Virus record (IMG/VR): IMGVR_UViG_3300035039_000049
Coordinates: 1-42,964 of that record
DNA length: 42,964 nt
Source of the DNA: a virus
Lineage: Duplodnaviria; Caudoviricetes
Reading direction: 5' to 3' (one strand)
Of this stretch, positions 42,395 to 42,964 are shown piece after piece. Under the pieces are notes generated by a model. It was not told the origin of the DNA and searched no databases. It saw nothing but the letters and a program-made list of their open reading frames with translations. Both the position numbers and the translations under genes were made by a program. Every line of letters begins with the position of its first letter. Position 1 is the first letter of the stretch.

Positions 42395-42964
42395 CACCCC
42401 TCCATCTGATCAACTTCAGCAATAATCTCCTGGACTAAGTCCATTTCTAACTTAGTAGTCTGAAAGATTATTGAATTAAGCCAATCGTTAGCACCTTGTG
42501 TGTTTCTGTTAGTTATTTCTATTTGGTACATAGTTGCCATAGTGACTATTTCAGGATGTACTACACTCCACCAATTCTCATCAGTATCTTCAACTAGATC
42601 CATTGAGTAGAACAAACCCTTTACTTCAACAACTACTTTCTCCTCTGGAGGCGGCATTACTAAAATAGAATTATAATCAGGATGTGTTCCACAAGGTATA
42701 TCAACATAGCCGACAAAAGACTCGAAAGTATCACAAGTTTCATTCTCTGGGATATAACGAGTAATAGCAGGACTATAATACAAAGGAGATCCGCTATCAG
42801 TCCCGCTTGGTAAGGCAGTCATGTATCCAGCTATCAGGTCTTGAAGACTTACCTTTTCCAACTGCCAACGCTCACTAGTGGTAGCCACCCATACTTCTTT
42901 AATCGCCCTACAGTACGGTGTTCTAGCACCATAAAGTCCTGGAAGAATGAACCTAAAGCAAGAC
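42394..42964 (-). CDS. C-terminal part of putative head-tail adaptor / tail tubular protein A (starts at 155)
   Basis: In frame with 155..1; ILVMPPP...DENWWSVVHPE resembles adaptor proteins. Confidence 0.68.
   Translation of the reverse strand, partial: SCFRFILPGLYGARTPYCRAIKEVWVATTSERWQLEKVSLQDLIAGYMTALPSGTDSGSPLYYSPAITRYIPENETCDTFESFVGYVDIPCGTHPDYNSILVMPPPEEKVVVEVKGLFYSMDLVEDTDENWWSVVHPEIVTMATMYQIEITNRNTQGANDWLNSIIFQTTKLEMDLVQEIIAEVDQMEG

Noticed and set aside
1-42964. Stop-codon reassignment, integrase or phage RNA polymerase
   Set aside because: Genes are full length under the standard code with all three stops used; no recombinase or RNA polymerase motifs were seen

Overview
The window appears to be a complete, circularly permuted genome of about 43 kb from a podovirus-like tailed dsDNA bacteriophage: a minus-strand gene starting at 155 reads in frame across the window ends into 42964..42394. 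The minus strand carries the late genes: major capsid, scaffold, portal, TerL, holin-like genes, a tailspike with a signal peptide, a GT2/SAM-methyltransferase/epimerase cluster, a TerS-like gene, tail tube/adaptor and ejection proteins including a 1911-aa polyvalent protein. The plus strand carries small early genes behind sigma70 promoters and a replication block: ligase, Cas4-like nuclease, Sak4-like ATPase, SSB-like protein, HIRAN, ParB-DNA methyltransferase, DUF3310, UDG-PolA fusion and DUF3987 ATPase. I recognised no integrase, RNA polymerase, primase, endolysin, tRNA or CRISPR array. Main observations: (1) a phage-encoded UDP-sulfoquinovose synthase (SqdB/SQD1-like) plus a late glycosylation cluster and a Thr/Pro-tailed capsid-adjacent protein, suggesting a sulfo-sugar virion or DNA modification system; (2) ten copies of a 27-bp palindrome (AACTnnRTRTAAYnRTTAYAYnnAGTT), all intergenic or at gene boundaries; (3) a -1 frameshift signal fusing two ejection-protein ORFs; (4) a candidate ~136-nt multi-stem ncRNA; (5) an origin-like inverted repeat and a heptamer array near the probable genome end. 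All assignments come from reading motifs by eye; no searches were run.
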